A stretch of 64,000 bases of DNA from Dimorphilus gyrociliatus. Taxonomy: Eukaryota; Animalia; Annelida. Location: positions 62,001-126,000 of the forward strand of contig CAJFCJ010000049.1 in the NCBI GenBank assembly GCA_904063045.1. The letters are read 5' to 3'. How positions within the stretch are numbered: position 1 is the first letter of the stretch; each line of letters begins with the position of its first letter. A program made the position numbers and the translations under genes. Shown here piece after piece: positions 12,466-25,347 of this stretch. A model generated the notes under the pieces. That model searched no databases, had not been told where the DNA came from, and saw nothing but the letters and a program-made list of their open reading frames with translations.

Positions 12466-12948
12466 AAAACAAAAAAAAAAGAAAATTTTTGATGTATGGG
12501 ATGAATATAAATTTGGTTAAATAACTATATTTGATCTACCTGCAAAAACAGCAAATATTTATTCTATTTAACAATATCTTAAAATTTTTTTTTACTGGTG
12601 TAAATGTAGTTAATGGTTACAATTTTCTAACTTGTTATTCATGTTGTTTTGAGCCAGTGATTTATCCTCTAAGTCAGAATTACAAAATACATTTAATACA
12701 AAAATATATCCAAAATTTATTAGCTAAGTAGGTTGTTACATTAGTAAAATTAGGCATATAAATCCTTCTTTTCATGTTTAAAAATCCATTGTATTATTAA
12801 TTTTAGGCATTAAAAAAAATTATCATAAAAGCTATTTGCCTTTTTCTAAAAACAGAACAGGATAACAAATTACAAGATTAATTCTCAATGATTTCCTTGT
12901 ATATATATTTAAAAGCACTTTCACTTCTCTGACAAACAATCTGTCAAT

Positions 12949-15104
12949 ATGAGTTTTAAACTAATAATCATATTTTCTATCTTCATTTTAAAACTTCTCC
13001 CACGAGATAGAATTTTTACATCTGGAGAAAAGTTTACAAGTTTGTTTCCTTTTGTTTGTATTTTTTAAATTTTTTTTTTTTTTGAATAGATGGAAAACTA
13101 ATTAATGTTGCTGACAAAATGAATAATGCAACTTGTACATCTTCAAATGATTTTCCAAGCAATCCATCATATACTTTCTTTTGTGAAAATATAATGGATC
13201 CTATCTGGGTGAATTTTAACTATTGGGCTGCTAGCTGTAATTCTGGACCGTGTAATTTACAATGGATTAATATTACTTTTCAAAAACAATATGATATTGT
13301 AGAAGTCTGCTTATATCAGAGAACTCTTAAAGAAGAAAACAGAGTGAATACAGCAACTATTCAAATGAATAATCAAAATAAAACATATGTATTAAGTGAT
13401 ATACAAACTTGCTTTTTATTGGAAGAAGATTTTGGTTCAAAATCTTCCAGTATCCGTCTTAATACTGTAGAATGTAGGAACTTAGGAGGAGGAAGTACAG
13501 GATACAGTTCCATTTCCGCTCTGGCTTACAGCAATGGTTTGTTTTTTCTTATTTCCATTATTGTGTTGAATATATATTATCTGAATTGTAAAAACAAAAA
13601 AAATAGATCAGGATTCAATGGAAGACAAAGATTATGAAAATATCGCCCAAATGGAATCGGGAGCAACTTGTTCTAGTTCATCAGAACTTTCAATAAACAA
13701 GTGTGAATACTCATTAGATTGGGCGTTTAGTACAATTTGGAGAGCTGATTGTTCACCCATCTTTGACTGTGTTGGCCAATATATAAATGTAACATTCGCA
13801 AGAACGACAAAACCAGAAATATTTTGTTTGGCAAACATGTAAGAATAATAAAAAAAAAGTTGAAATTATAGACTTTTTAAACTCTGTTTCTTTTTTTCTT
13901 AAATTGTACAGAGATAATAATCACCGTATAAAAATATTGGAAATAAAATGGTCTTCACAATATACTGAAAATATAACTTTACCTAATAATGGACTTCGAT
14001 ATTATTTCAATTACGCTAATTATCCGAGTATTGAAAGTGGATTTATATTAACTATAAAAGATTATTATAGTGGAAATAATCTTGGACTTGCTACTATTCA
14101 AGTTTTTGCTAAAAGTAAAAAAAAATTTTTAATAAAAATTTTTTTTGTTTTTCATTTATTTTTTCTCTAGGAAATTTTAGCCGAGTTTATACAATTCAAA
14201 CAGAAGATTACGTCATCTATTACATTCCAGAAAAATATCAAAATAATTTAAGAGCATTAACGTTTAAAGTTCAAGGTCAAAAACACCCAGACTTGAATAG
14301 TTGTTCATCACTTTTAATCAGTTTTAAAAATGAGTCATCAATACAATTCTCAATACAGATTGATATGAGTAATAATGTGGAAAATCTATTAATTCTAGTT
14401 CAAGGTGAAAGCTTGTCTGTTAACAAGTTCAAATTACCAAAATCATTGATTGAATGTGAAAAATGGAACGAATTTTGGTTTGAAATTTTGAATGGTAAAA
14501 TTTATTTTGGTTCTGGAAATTTCTATGGAAGAAATACTTTGGCCATTGTAAAAGCCAATAATATAATAAATAATTTTACACAAATCATGTTAAAAAATAA
14601 TGGAAGTGATGTCATCAATCATTTTCAAATTTTGGATTTAGGTTTGAGAAATATAATTTTTTAAATTTCTTTTTGATTTTTCTTACTTTAGATGGAAAAA
14701 AGATAACTACATCAAATTTGGAAAATTGCCAAAAAAGCTACAATGTCATCGACAAATTTTTAAACACTTGTACTAAATTAAAGAAAACATCAAATTTTAT
14801 AAATCTAAACTTATTAAATAATGGAATTGAAAATGATAATTTAGAAATTATCTTTAAAAAAGATCAGAGAAATGTTGGAAATGCAACAGTAAATCTTTTT
14901 TATCCTTTTAAAGAAAATGATGGAGAATTTGATTTTTTTCATTCATGCCAATTAAAAAGTATCACTGATAATGATTTATTTCAAATTTATACATTTCAAT
15001 GTCCAATTACGGATCATACTGTGAAAATGGAGGATTATCTTCTAATTTATATTTTTATCAATTCAATAGATATAGATAAGATTTCATTATGTGAAATTAT
15101 TTAA
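12949..15104 (+). CDS. Secreted 2x discoidin/galactose-binding-like + FAMeT(Methyltransf_FA)-like + C-terminal module protein (paralog A1), 6 exons
   Basis: Signal-peptide exon 12949-13039, then exons from 13090, about 13608, about 13911, 14171 and about 14691 with GT-AG introns that keep frame. Repeats of GATC..SS...C..A....W...C...C..Q.I.I.F; CSSLLI.FK...CEKWNEFW..I.FG.G..YG. Confidence 0.8.
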
Positions 15105-16212
15105 ATATTTAAAAAACATGAAATAAACAGAGAAATATAATTAAAAATAAATGAGTAGTTCACACTTAGAAATAATGACAAAGTGATATTTAGACTCTAA
15201 ATGAAGAAAGTACTAGGAATAGTTTTATTTTGTAGAATTAGATTAATGGAACTTTAGAAAGAGTCCTATTACTTATGAAATATTTTCTTTAGCCATAGTT
15301 GAAGGAACCATTTTGGAATTGACAAAAGGAACAAAGAATATTGAAAAGATCATGCCCAAATTGTTAGGTAGTAAAAGGTATACAGTGCTGAATGAATCCT
15401 CATTGTGAACAGGTCAAATACAGTTGTAAGTGTGCACTTCAGTTCCTTATAAATGTCTTATTAAAGAGAAGTCACCCTGGGCAGAAGTTGCCCAGTGCAA
15501 TTATTAAAAATAAATTCTGTAAAGATTAGTTAACTACATATTATATATACAGGATTAGTGCTGACAAGAGTTGTAAATATCAACTATATTAACCAAATGT
15601 TAACCAAAGTAATATCAACTAGTATGAGATTTTTCAAAAGGAAGAACATATTTTCAAGAGATACGGGTTATAATTGATTTTTACTTGTATTTCAATGTTG
15701 ACTAAATCATCATTTATACTGGAGGAATGATCTTTTCATTAGCTTTGGCATCATAAAATATCAACAAGGGGCGATATCTGCATAGTAATTAGGAATTTTT
15801 TATTATATTCATATAGTATAGAGTTTTGATTGATTATGAAAACCATATTTGATAATTCAATTTAAAATAAGTGACTATAAAGGCTGTGGCTGTATATTAA
15901 ATGACCTCTCTCTCTCTAACAGTTTAAGAAACAAGCTGAATCACATAAATGACTAAAAAACAGCAAATGACAATGAATCAGACAGTGATTTTTAAATATC
16001 TGTGGTTTTTTAGTCACTTAAAACACTCTTTTTTATTCCTAAAAGATTTTATATATATTTAAAAAGTATATATTTAAAATAATTTTTAATTTTCTAATCA
16101 ATTAAATATGTTTAGTCCACAATACGAAAAGTCATGTCAAAATCTGTTCCATATTTACGATGTCTCAAATGAATCAGCAATTTTTAGGGCTTTTCTTTGG
16201 TGTGTTTTTTGC

Positions 16213-18920
16213 GAATTATGGAGAAAACGTCCACTGGAGAAAACGTCCACTGGAGAAAACGTCCACTGATTGGAGAAAACGTCCACTGGTTGGAGAAAAC
16301 GTCCACTGGAGAAAACGTCCACTATGTGAAGAATATATTAAAAAATACTTTTTCAAATTTAAATTTTTATTATTGATTTTGAGATATATCCAATACATTC
16401 CCATAATGCAATCACTTTTGGTAGCCATTTTGAAATCCAGACAGGAAACAGTTCTGGGATCTTCTATGTTTTTCATGGAAAGTGAATATTGTGCATATTT
16501 CATCTACAATTTTTCAGAATTTTTTGCAGTTTGAAATATATTTCACTATTGAAAACCATCAGACAAAACACAAACTTTAGAATTGATATCAGTAAGTTAT
16601 AGAATATTGTGTTGAAATGATTTATTTATAAATTAGCTTTATTTTTATAGCAGCCATTTTGTTTATCATTATTGTTAATTGTTTAATTTTTAAATTTATA
16701 CAGTTGGTTATTGATAGAGATTCCAAATTGAACATGGCACCAATTTGTTACATTTGTGAAGAGAGAATATATGGAAGACAAAATCAAGAGAAATGTCAGC
16801 TTTGCTGTCATTTATTTAAAATACATAAAAAATGTTTGGATTATAAAGGTTTGTTTAAGTTTTTTGTCACTATCCTTCCTTACAAATATGTTTTTATATT
16901 TTTTCACAGATCAATCATTTTATTGTAACATTTGCTGTGACATATCAATGAAGAAATGCATTGTTGCACTTCAAAGGCTACCTTCTAGTGCATCTGCTAA
17001 TGAAGAAATAAGACAAACACCAAATTTTGATACAGCAAATAATAGAAATGAGCAAACTATTGTTTGTGAAAATCATTGTGGAAATTCAAGTGGAAATGAT
17101 ACAAATGGCAGTATTATGGAATCACACAATGTTTTAGTTGAAGATCTTCCAGCTCAGCAAAATAATATGATGGAAGTTTCATTTATAGTTTCTCCAAAAT
17201 CAGATTGTGAGAAAGAAAGTTATTCATTTAAAATCTTAAAGGGAATGAGCCAGAAAGGAAAAGATTTGCTACTTTTCAACAATTTCTGCTACAATATTAA
17301 AGAAAAAAGAAACAAGACAACATTCTGGATATGCAGTGTTAGGAACAAAAGAAACAAATGTTCAGCAACAGTTAGTCAGCATGGGAACAGTTTTTATCCT
17401 GGAAAGTTATCCCATTCTCATGAAAGAGTACCTGATTTGGAACAAAAAATAATGATTAGGAATGAACTAAAAAATGCTTGTAATAAAGATATCAGTAGTT
17501 CAGGAAAACGTTTAGCTGAAGATGTTCTGGTGAAACATTGTAGTTCTGGTGAAGTTATTCCATCTCTAGATAATTGTACAAGACTGGCAAACTGGACAAG
17601 AAAGAAGTTTAGACCAGCTGAACCTCAAAGTATTCACTTCAACTTGGCTAAAACTTTTATTCCTGATGATTTTTTACAAATGGATATACAAATGGAGAAT
17701 GATAGAATACTAATATTTTCAACTACAAAGCAAATTGAATTATTATCTAAAGGCAAAATATGGTTTATGGATGGCACATTTAAATGTGTGAAAGACCCTT
17801 TTTATCAACTTTTTTCTATTCATGGATTTATAAAAAAAAATGGAGAAATAAAACAAATTCCAATGGCTTTTGCTTTTATGGGATCTAAGAGAAAGACAGC
17901 CTACAAGAAATTATTTAAGGTACAATAATTTTGCATTTTAAATTGAATAATCTAATTTGTTAAATTAACAGGCAATACAAGATTTAACAAATGGGCATAG
18001 CCCCAAAAAAGTTGTTGTAGACTTTGAAAAAGCTATTTGGAAAGCACTATCATTCACTTATCCTGAAGCAAACATTAAAGGGTGTGTTTTTCACTGGACA
18101 CAGGCAATATACAGAAAGATTCAAGTAATACTTTAATTTAGTATTTGAGGTCTAGATAGAACTGACATATTTATTTCCAGGAATTAGGATTATGTAAGAT
18201 GTACAAGGAGAAAAAAGCTGAATATAGAATCATGAAGAAATTAATGGCATTACCATTCCTGCCCTCTGATCTGATAGAACCAACATTTAAGACTATTAAA
18301 GAAATAAGTCCTATTGAAATGAAGTCTCTATTGGAGTACATTGAGACACAATGGATAAATGGATTTTATAAACCAGAGGTATGGTCTGTTTATGGTGAGG
18401 CTATAAGGACAAATAATGATCTTGAAGGATGGCATCACAGGCTTAACAAGAATCTTTGCTCTAACACTGCATTCTATTTGCTTTTAGATGAACTGAAAAG
18501 AGAGGCTGATCTGATAAAGCTATATAAAAAATTACTGAGTGAAAAGAAAATTTGTAGACAGCAAAGAAAAGCATATCAGAATATTCAGAGCAAAATATTC
18601 AGCTTATGGGAACAATTTGAAATTGCCTCAATTACCTCCCTGGACTTACTTGATAAAGCTTCTGACATTTATTCACCAGTTTAAAATACCTTTATTCTTT
18701 AATGTTGTTACACTGTTGTCAATCATTCTTGTTATATTGCTTGTTTTTACTTAATCAATATATTAATATTTAAATATTTGTAATTCTTATTATTCATTTT
18801 TTCCTGTCAAATTGCTCTAAAAACTCCATCTATCAAATATCTTATATCTTACTTTGAAGTTTTATAATGGACGTTTTCTCCAGTGGACGTTTTCTCCAGT
18901 GGACGTTTTCTCCTGTACCC
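16213..18920 (+). mobile_element. Intact Mutator-like element with 9-bp TSD GTTTTTTGC
   Basis: TSD at 16204-16212 and 18921-18929. Termini GAATTATGGAGAAAACGTCC.. / ..GGACGTTTTCTCCTGTACCC, with inverted arrays of GGAGAAAACGTCCACT (16220-16323; 18868-18913). Confidence 0.95.
16734..18684 (+). CDS. MULE transposase, 4 exons (16734-16848, 16910-17919, 17972-18124, 18181-18684), 593 aa: PHD-like finger + FLYWCH + DDE
   Basis: The spliced frame is continuous. It contains CYIC..CQLC..HKKC..CNIC, GKDLLLFNNF..FWICS..C..H.H, WFMDGTF, VVDFE, GCVFHW and TNNDLEGWH. Confidence 0.92.
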
Positions 18921-18984
18921 GTTTTTTGCTCTCTTTTACTCTTTTCGTTTCAGTAAGCGTGTTTTTCTATCGGACACCTTCAAC

Positions 18985-19260
18985 ATGGATAAAAAAGGGT
19001 ATATACAATTCAATTCTATTTTTATGATCTTTTAATATCTTGACTCTCCCTCTTATAGAAATATCCAGGAGTACCATGAATTGCTCTTAGAAATTAGGTG
19101 CAAAATTTGCCTAGATGCCATAGCAAACTGCTTACTTTTACCATGTAGTCATTTAATAGCTTGCAAATCATGTATAGTAAAACTCAAGCAGCAGTGTCCA
19201 GTTTGCAGAGAGTGTATCAGAGGCTACGTTGTCATAAAGTCGGATTTGGATAATCTTTAA
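18985..19260 (+). CDS. 71-aa RING-only protein (IAP/MDM2-type C3HC4 RING), 2 exons (18985-18998, 19059-19260)
   Basis: caacATGg start and a 60-nt GT-AG intron. Translation MDKKGNIQEYHELLLEIRCKICLDAIANCLLLPCSHLIACKSCIVKLKQQCPVCRECIRGYVVIKSDLDNL*. Confidence 0.7.
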
Positions 19261-19284
19261 AAAGGTTATCCCTTCACCAATTGA

Positions 19285-19450
19285 GAGTTTGCAGAGAGTG
19301 TATCAGGGGCTATGTTATCATCAAATCAGATTTGGATAATCTTTAAAAAGGTTATCCCTTTTTGTGTTTTTACCTTGCTATCATGTAATGTCTTGCAAAG
19401 CCAGTATAGTGAAACTCAAGAAGCAATGGTGTCTAGTTTGCAGAGGATTT
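19285..19450 (+). repeat. Partial tandem duplications of the RING exon 3' half
   Basis: agtttgcagagagtgtatcag...gatttggataatctttaaaaaggttatccct is repeated, and a decayed copy ttaccttgctatcatgtaatgtcttgcaaa...agtttgcagag follows. Confidence 0.85.
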
Positions 19451-20099
19451 GTCAGAGCCTTCTCTGTCATATGAATGTCACTAATCCTAATTGCAAGAGA
19501 CAAGATTTCATATATCAACTAGGCAACATGTTAATGAATTCTATAAGAAAACATTGATCATTCTCCTAGGAGAAAGAGAATAATAGACATATTGTTTGGA
19601 CAACATATTTTTCTTCTGATTAATATATATATGCAAATTTTGGCAAAGATTGAATGCATTCTAAATTATCAGAGCAAGAGCAAACTATATTAAAATATAT
19701 TCTTTTTTCTATAAAGTTGATTACTGAAATAGATATATTATAACCTTGAACTGTGATATATAATAATAATTTGAATAGCATAATGAAGAAATTATATTAA
19801 ATATAAAGAGAATATTCAAAAAAATTCTTAAAGATAACTTTTCACTGATCTTTTGAAAAACAAAACAAAAATCTTTGATATTAAACTTTTAAAAATAATT
19901 GTGCACTTAGAAATAATAATGTAATGATATTTAGACTTTAGATATTATAGAACTTTAGAAAGGCTTTTATTTTGTAGGAAATATTTGTTATATTGCTGAA
20001 GATATTTTATTAAAATGTTCAGCTGAGGAGAATAGTTTGCCAAATATGGAAAATTTGAGAAGATTAGCCATATTCATCAGACAGAAGAAAAGACCTATA

Positions 20100-20550
20100 A
20101 TATCAAATGATCAAATGCTTTTAGAATTTGGGATATGCAACTGAATATAAAACTAGTCTGGCCTCTAAAAATATGATGAGAAATTTATTGGAAAATCCTT
20201 TTCTTCCTTCTGAAGTAATACCCCATATTTTTTCTTTATGTATATAAAGATTTGTATGAATATATGGAAAATACCTGGATTAGAAATTCTATTTGGACAC
20301 CAGAAAGCTGGTCTGTTTTTGGTATGAGCATTTGCACAAATAATGACGTTGAAGCATGGCACAGGAGATTTAATGAAAAACCTTTGCCTAATACTTGCTT
20401 CTAATTATTAGTTGATTGTTTGAGGCATGAAGCTTCTTTGATTCCAGATTTTCAAAAACTTCTAACTGAAAAAAAATTAAGAAAATATGAAAGGCAAATG
20501 ACAAAAACAAAACAGAAGAAAATTTTTGATATATGGAATGAATATAAAGG
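20100..20550 (+). mobile_element. MULE transposase C-terminal remnant
   Basis: PFLPSEVIP..YMENTWI..WTPESWSVFG..TNNDVEAWHRRFN..LLTEKKLRKY, with a stop codon. Confidence 0.85.
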
Positions 20551-20814
20551 TTAGTTTTAGATACATTTAAATATTCATTGGTTTCTTTTATCTCAGGAGT
20601 TGCTGAGGTTTTCTTTTGCTCTCTTTTAACTTTGATAGTTATCTCATCCACCAACTCTTTGCATTGAGTTTCTATTTCCATTTCATCATCTAATTCTTCT
20701 GATGCACTTTCAATCTCTTCTTCATATGAATTTATAATGATTCCTGAATCACTATCTGAATAGGTTTTACAGCCAACATCTTCTTCAGTTGAGTTTNCTA
20801 TTTTGGTTCAAGTA

Positions 20815-20900
20815 ATTAGAAAAATGGGTAGCAAACAGTCCCAACCTCAATATTAATTATGAAGTCTGGAGCGTTGCAAAAACAAACAGTGTTGAACCAC
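20815..20900 (+). mobile_element. Tc1-like transposase remnant
   Basis: KWVANSPNLNINYEVWSVAK resembles WPANSPDLNIIE.VW. Confidence 0.6.
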
Positions 20901-22379
20901 CTCAGAAATAAAAGGGATGTGTTTGATATTGAATTATGCAAAATTCAGTATTTAAACCTTCTTCTAGATGGAAGGTTGACATTAGTAATATAAGCCAATG
21001 GTAGACTTTAACATTAATTAAACCCATTAAACATAGGCATCCTATCTATTAACAAAGACTTTCGGTCAGGCTATGCATTTGAGGCTCTCAAACACATACT
21101 ATCTGTAACAACGAAATATATTTTTACATCAAAAACATAGACTTTTAAATTAGTATGTAAAAACTCTAGAAATCTATCATTGTTGTTTTAAAGGTGCTAA
21201 ATGAACTTTTAAAATAATCAATAATTGTCAAGGTTTTTTCCAGACAAAAGAAACAAGTGTTGTGTTTATAGTTTTATTGCATTTAGTTTTTCTTATAAAG
21301 AATAAATATTTTTTTCTTTAATAGAAATTTCAAGGGGATGATTTCTTATAATTTCCCTACAACTAGGTTTTCTAAGCAAATGTATAGGTATTTAACCCAG
21401 GTAGGTTCACACCCAAAGCCAAAATTTTATTGTCTAATTCCTAACCTCTTACTATGAAGTTATCAAAATAAATTTTCTATACGATTTAAACTCCATACCA
21501 AAAGAATTATTTAAATTTATTAGACTGAAAATATTAGCTATAATTAGTAAGTACATAATAATATAAAATATTTTAAATTTAGATGATTATTGAAAAGGTA
21601 AGCAATTATTCAAAATGACTGTAAAATTTTTTACTAAATAAATTGGACTTTTTCGTGAATAAAGATAAGTAAAAATTAAAGATAAATGTACCACCCAGAT
21701 ATCAAACCTTTTAAATAAAGAAATAAATTAAATATCTCATTATCAATTGAAAAATTATCTTTTCAGGGGTATGGAATACGAGAATTTCAATGTCATTTTG
21801 GATTATCACTTTTAGTGAAAATGTTTTTGGCAGTCACCACATTTTATCCTATTTTGTCTGCCTTAAAATCGATTATCGCAATTTGGATAGAGAGTAGCCA
21901 TCTTGGAATTTAACATTTCACTGAAAAAAAATATTTTACACCCTATATTGGACATAAATCAATATTATATAATATGTAACATTAACATTATACTCACAAT
22001 ATTTTGTCTCTAATAGACTCAGAACTTTTGTAAGAAACTTCAAAATTTTAAATTTTAGATTCTGCTTTAATGTTTTGTAAACAGGAAGTAGGTAACTACT
22101 TTCTCTCTCACGAATTACACTTCATAATACAGAATTAAATATGAACCAGTTTTCCCAAAAAAAGGAAAATTTTTCGTAAGGATGAGTTTTCTCTGATTCA
22201 AATACATTAGCATAAAACAGGATTCTTCATGTCTTTTAAAAAGCAAAAAAGTCAAATTATTTATTTATTGATTTAGTCCTCCATTACAGAACGCTTTTCA
22301 CTTTGTTCTTCACTTATATTACAATATCTTGAACTCTTTAAAGTGTTTCTTGACTGTTCCAGTCATTCACAAATATTTT

Positions 22380-22620
22380 TGTTTATATATATAAATTGTA
22401 CTAACGCAATTCAAGAATCTTTAAAGTCTTCGAGGTTACAAAACACATCATAAAATCCATTTCCCATGTTGTTATTGCCACTTAATATTTCCATTTTAGA
22501 ACGGTTATTAAAAATATTTTTTATCTTTTTAAGAGGAAAGATTGTAACTTAACTTGACATTGGCTGTTTTCATGCTATAATTTGATATTTTAAGACTGTA
22601 TGTTACTAGAACCCTGAAAT
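22380..22620 (-). pseudogene. Decayed RI-type LRR fragment
   Basis: SGNNNMGNGFYDVFCNLEDFKDS resembles the repeats of the LRR gene at 38.4 kb. Confidence 0.45.
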
Positions 22621-23216
22621 TCTTTACTCAACCAATATCACCTAGTGGCCAATTTGAAATATCGGTCTTATGTAATATGTTCTTATTAACTAAAAATTAT
22701 GTCTTTCAATTGTAGAATATGGTTAAGAGCTTTCAGATCAGTAAATAGAAATTTAATTTTAAGTTTAGGATAAGAGTTTTTTTCTTTTATGTCACAAATG
22801 ATTTTAAATATAAATTTTGTGGTTTTAAGAGTAGTTTTTGGGGTTTAGACCTACTTTTTTAACTCGTTAAAATACTGCTAATATATGTTTGAAAAATGAT
22901 TAAAAGGAACAAATCATCTATCGATTTATAGTTAAAGCGATCCCAACTAAGGACTATAGATAAAAGATTTGAATTGTTCATAAAGTATATTCATTTACTC
23001 AAGTGTTAATCAAAACAAGCAATATAGAAATAATTTCATATTAATAGTTCACAGAAATATTTTTCAAAAGCGTTGAGTGATAAATTAGTAATCAAAATAG
23101 TAACTCAGAGCTCTAAATTATATTATTATTTACAATTTAAAATATTTAAAAGAGATTGTCTTATGGGATTATTTTTGTGCAAAGGAATAAAAAATAATAG
23201 CATGAATATTTATAAT

Positions 23217-25347
23217 TCAAATATTTGAATAGAATAGTTCACATTTGAAATCATTATTCATATTGATTTTATGTTTGAATAGAATTTTGAATAATATTTC
23301 TTTGTATAGATTTGTTGAGTTGTGTAGACACTTGAAAATTATTTTTGGTTTTAATACATCAAGTGATTGGCTCTGGCAAATTTTTCCATAAACTTTAAAA
23401 GTTTCGTTAATAATTTTAGAATTTGCATCAGTCAGTAAATCTTCACTTTTTGTTAATTCTTCTTTCTTAACAACTAGTGAACTGATTAAATTAATCTTCA
23501 CTTCAGTACTATCTACAATTTCAAAATGTAGGAAAGATGAAAAGGATTTAGTGGGTATAAACAGGTAAATGAAATGTTGGAAATAATTATAGACAATTGA
23601 AATATGACTTTTTAAAATATTAAAAATTATTATTTGTCTTCCACCTAAAATAAAAAGTAGAAAAAACTCTTAAATTAAAATACTCAAATTGTACAAAAGT
23701 GCAAAACAATACCTTTATACTGAATATTAAGATTTTTAGTTGAACTTATATTTAAATTTCTTACTGCCATTTTAGTAACTTTAGGTAAAATTGCACTTGT
23801 TTCAAAAATAGCCAATTGCTTTCTATTCTGTTCAAAAATGCCAAATTTTACTTGAGTACTCGTTAGTTCAAACCAATAATGATTCCAGTCACTGCAGTTG
23901 ATAAAATTTGACTGATTAAACAACATCAACCGAAGATGTGGCTGCAACAATATGAACACTGAAAGAATCTTTTCTTGAAGAATCACTCTGCACATGAAAT
24001 TTGTTTTATTGTTTTCAAGATCAACTACAAAGCCGGAACATATTCCCACAACATCTCGGACTTTGAAACTTAAGAGAGAAAAATTTGATTGAATGTCATT
24101 TGATAATTGATAAATGAATGAAGAAGTCGTAAATTGAATACTGAATATATAGTTGTCATTTCCTGTTAATACAGAGAATGAAAAGATTTTTTAAAAATTT
24201 TAAATGTGACTTATTACGTAATGTATACACTTCAATTGGGCCTATAGCCACATTTTCTTTTGAGTAAACCTCCAAAATTTGTAGTTGAATCCAATGTGCA
24301 ATAAATTTGTTACTGTAGTTAAAACATTTTGTATTCAAATCTGTAGGTAGGCTAATTTGATCAACTTCAACTCCTGAGCTCCATCTTACAGAGATATTTT
24401 ACACTGTTACCTACTGCTAGTCTGTTTTATTGAAAAATAATTATTTAAAAAAAAAGAGAAGGCGGGAAGAAAGAAACCTATTGGAGATGCAATAAAAGTT
24501 TGGTTTGGTAGGATAAGCAAAGAATATTTTGATATTCTGCCCAGTACATGCGTCAATACATGCAGGTATCCAATCCTGAAGTAAATATTCATTTATAGAT
24601 CCATAGCAAGACCCTCCTGGTGATGATGAACAAATTGCACCCAATGAAGTCTTTGCAACGTTTTCATAAATTATATCATTGCTGGTGGCATCAACTAGAT
24701 AAAATGACATAAGATATTTTAGGTAATGTAATAAGAAAGGAATAAACTGACAATTACCGTCATTGGCATAAACAGAAATACTTTGAAACCCTATATAATG
24801 GACTTGTTCAGATAATCCTATTGTTTCTATATACATGTAATCAGTGGCTAATATACTTTGTTGTTTTTCCATTAAAAAGCATGTTTCATAGACATTTATA
24901 TCATAAGTGTAATTCATATTGGATCCAAAATTAATTAATACTCTATTCATTCTTCTGATATTCTCGCCATATCTTTGGTCTAGACAATAATAGACTATTT
25001 CGTATTTTTTCCTAAATTCTACTTGATACCATTGATGCAAGCAATTTGACAACACACAATTCGCAGCCCATTCGTGATTACTAAACCAAGTTGGTTCAAG
25101 TGCATGTTCACATGCGTAAGTATAATGACCAAAGGCGCCCTTAAAGAAAGATGATACTTTACACTTGGCCGAATATTTTTTATTAGCAATATTCAATAAT
25201 TTTCCACTGTCTATATTTAAAAAAATGTCTTTTGTTTATTTTAGAGAAGAAATCCTTTGAGGAATTAAGATTAGGAATAGGCTTACCTGTAAAAGATCCA
25301 TTGATAGAGCATATATAAATGAACATGAAGAACTTAACTGAGAGCAT
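23217..25347 (-). CDS. 2x discoidin-like + FAMeT-like family paralog A2, multi-exon
   Basis: Signal exon MLSVKFFMFIYICSINGSFTG; CEHALEPTW..EWAANC..C..QWYQVEF; SLGAICSSS..WIPAC..CTGQNI.I.F; CSGFVV..CSDWNHYWF..VKFG. Confidence 0.75.

Noticed and set aside
16220-16323. CRISPR-like short repeat array (also 4103-4246, 18868-18913, 36470-36515)
   Set aside because: Repeats are head-to-tail without unique spacers, inverted at the two ends of a TSD-flanked MULE, and there are no cas genes in this eukaryotic context.
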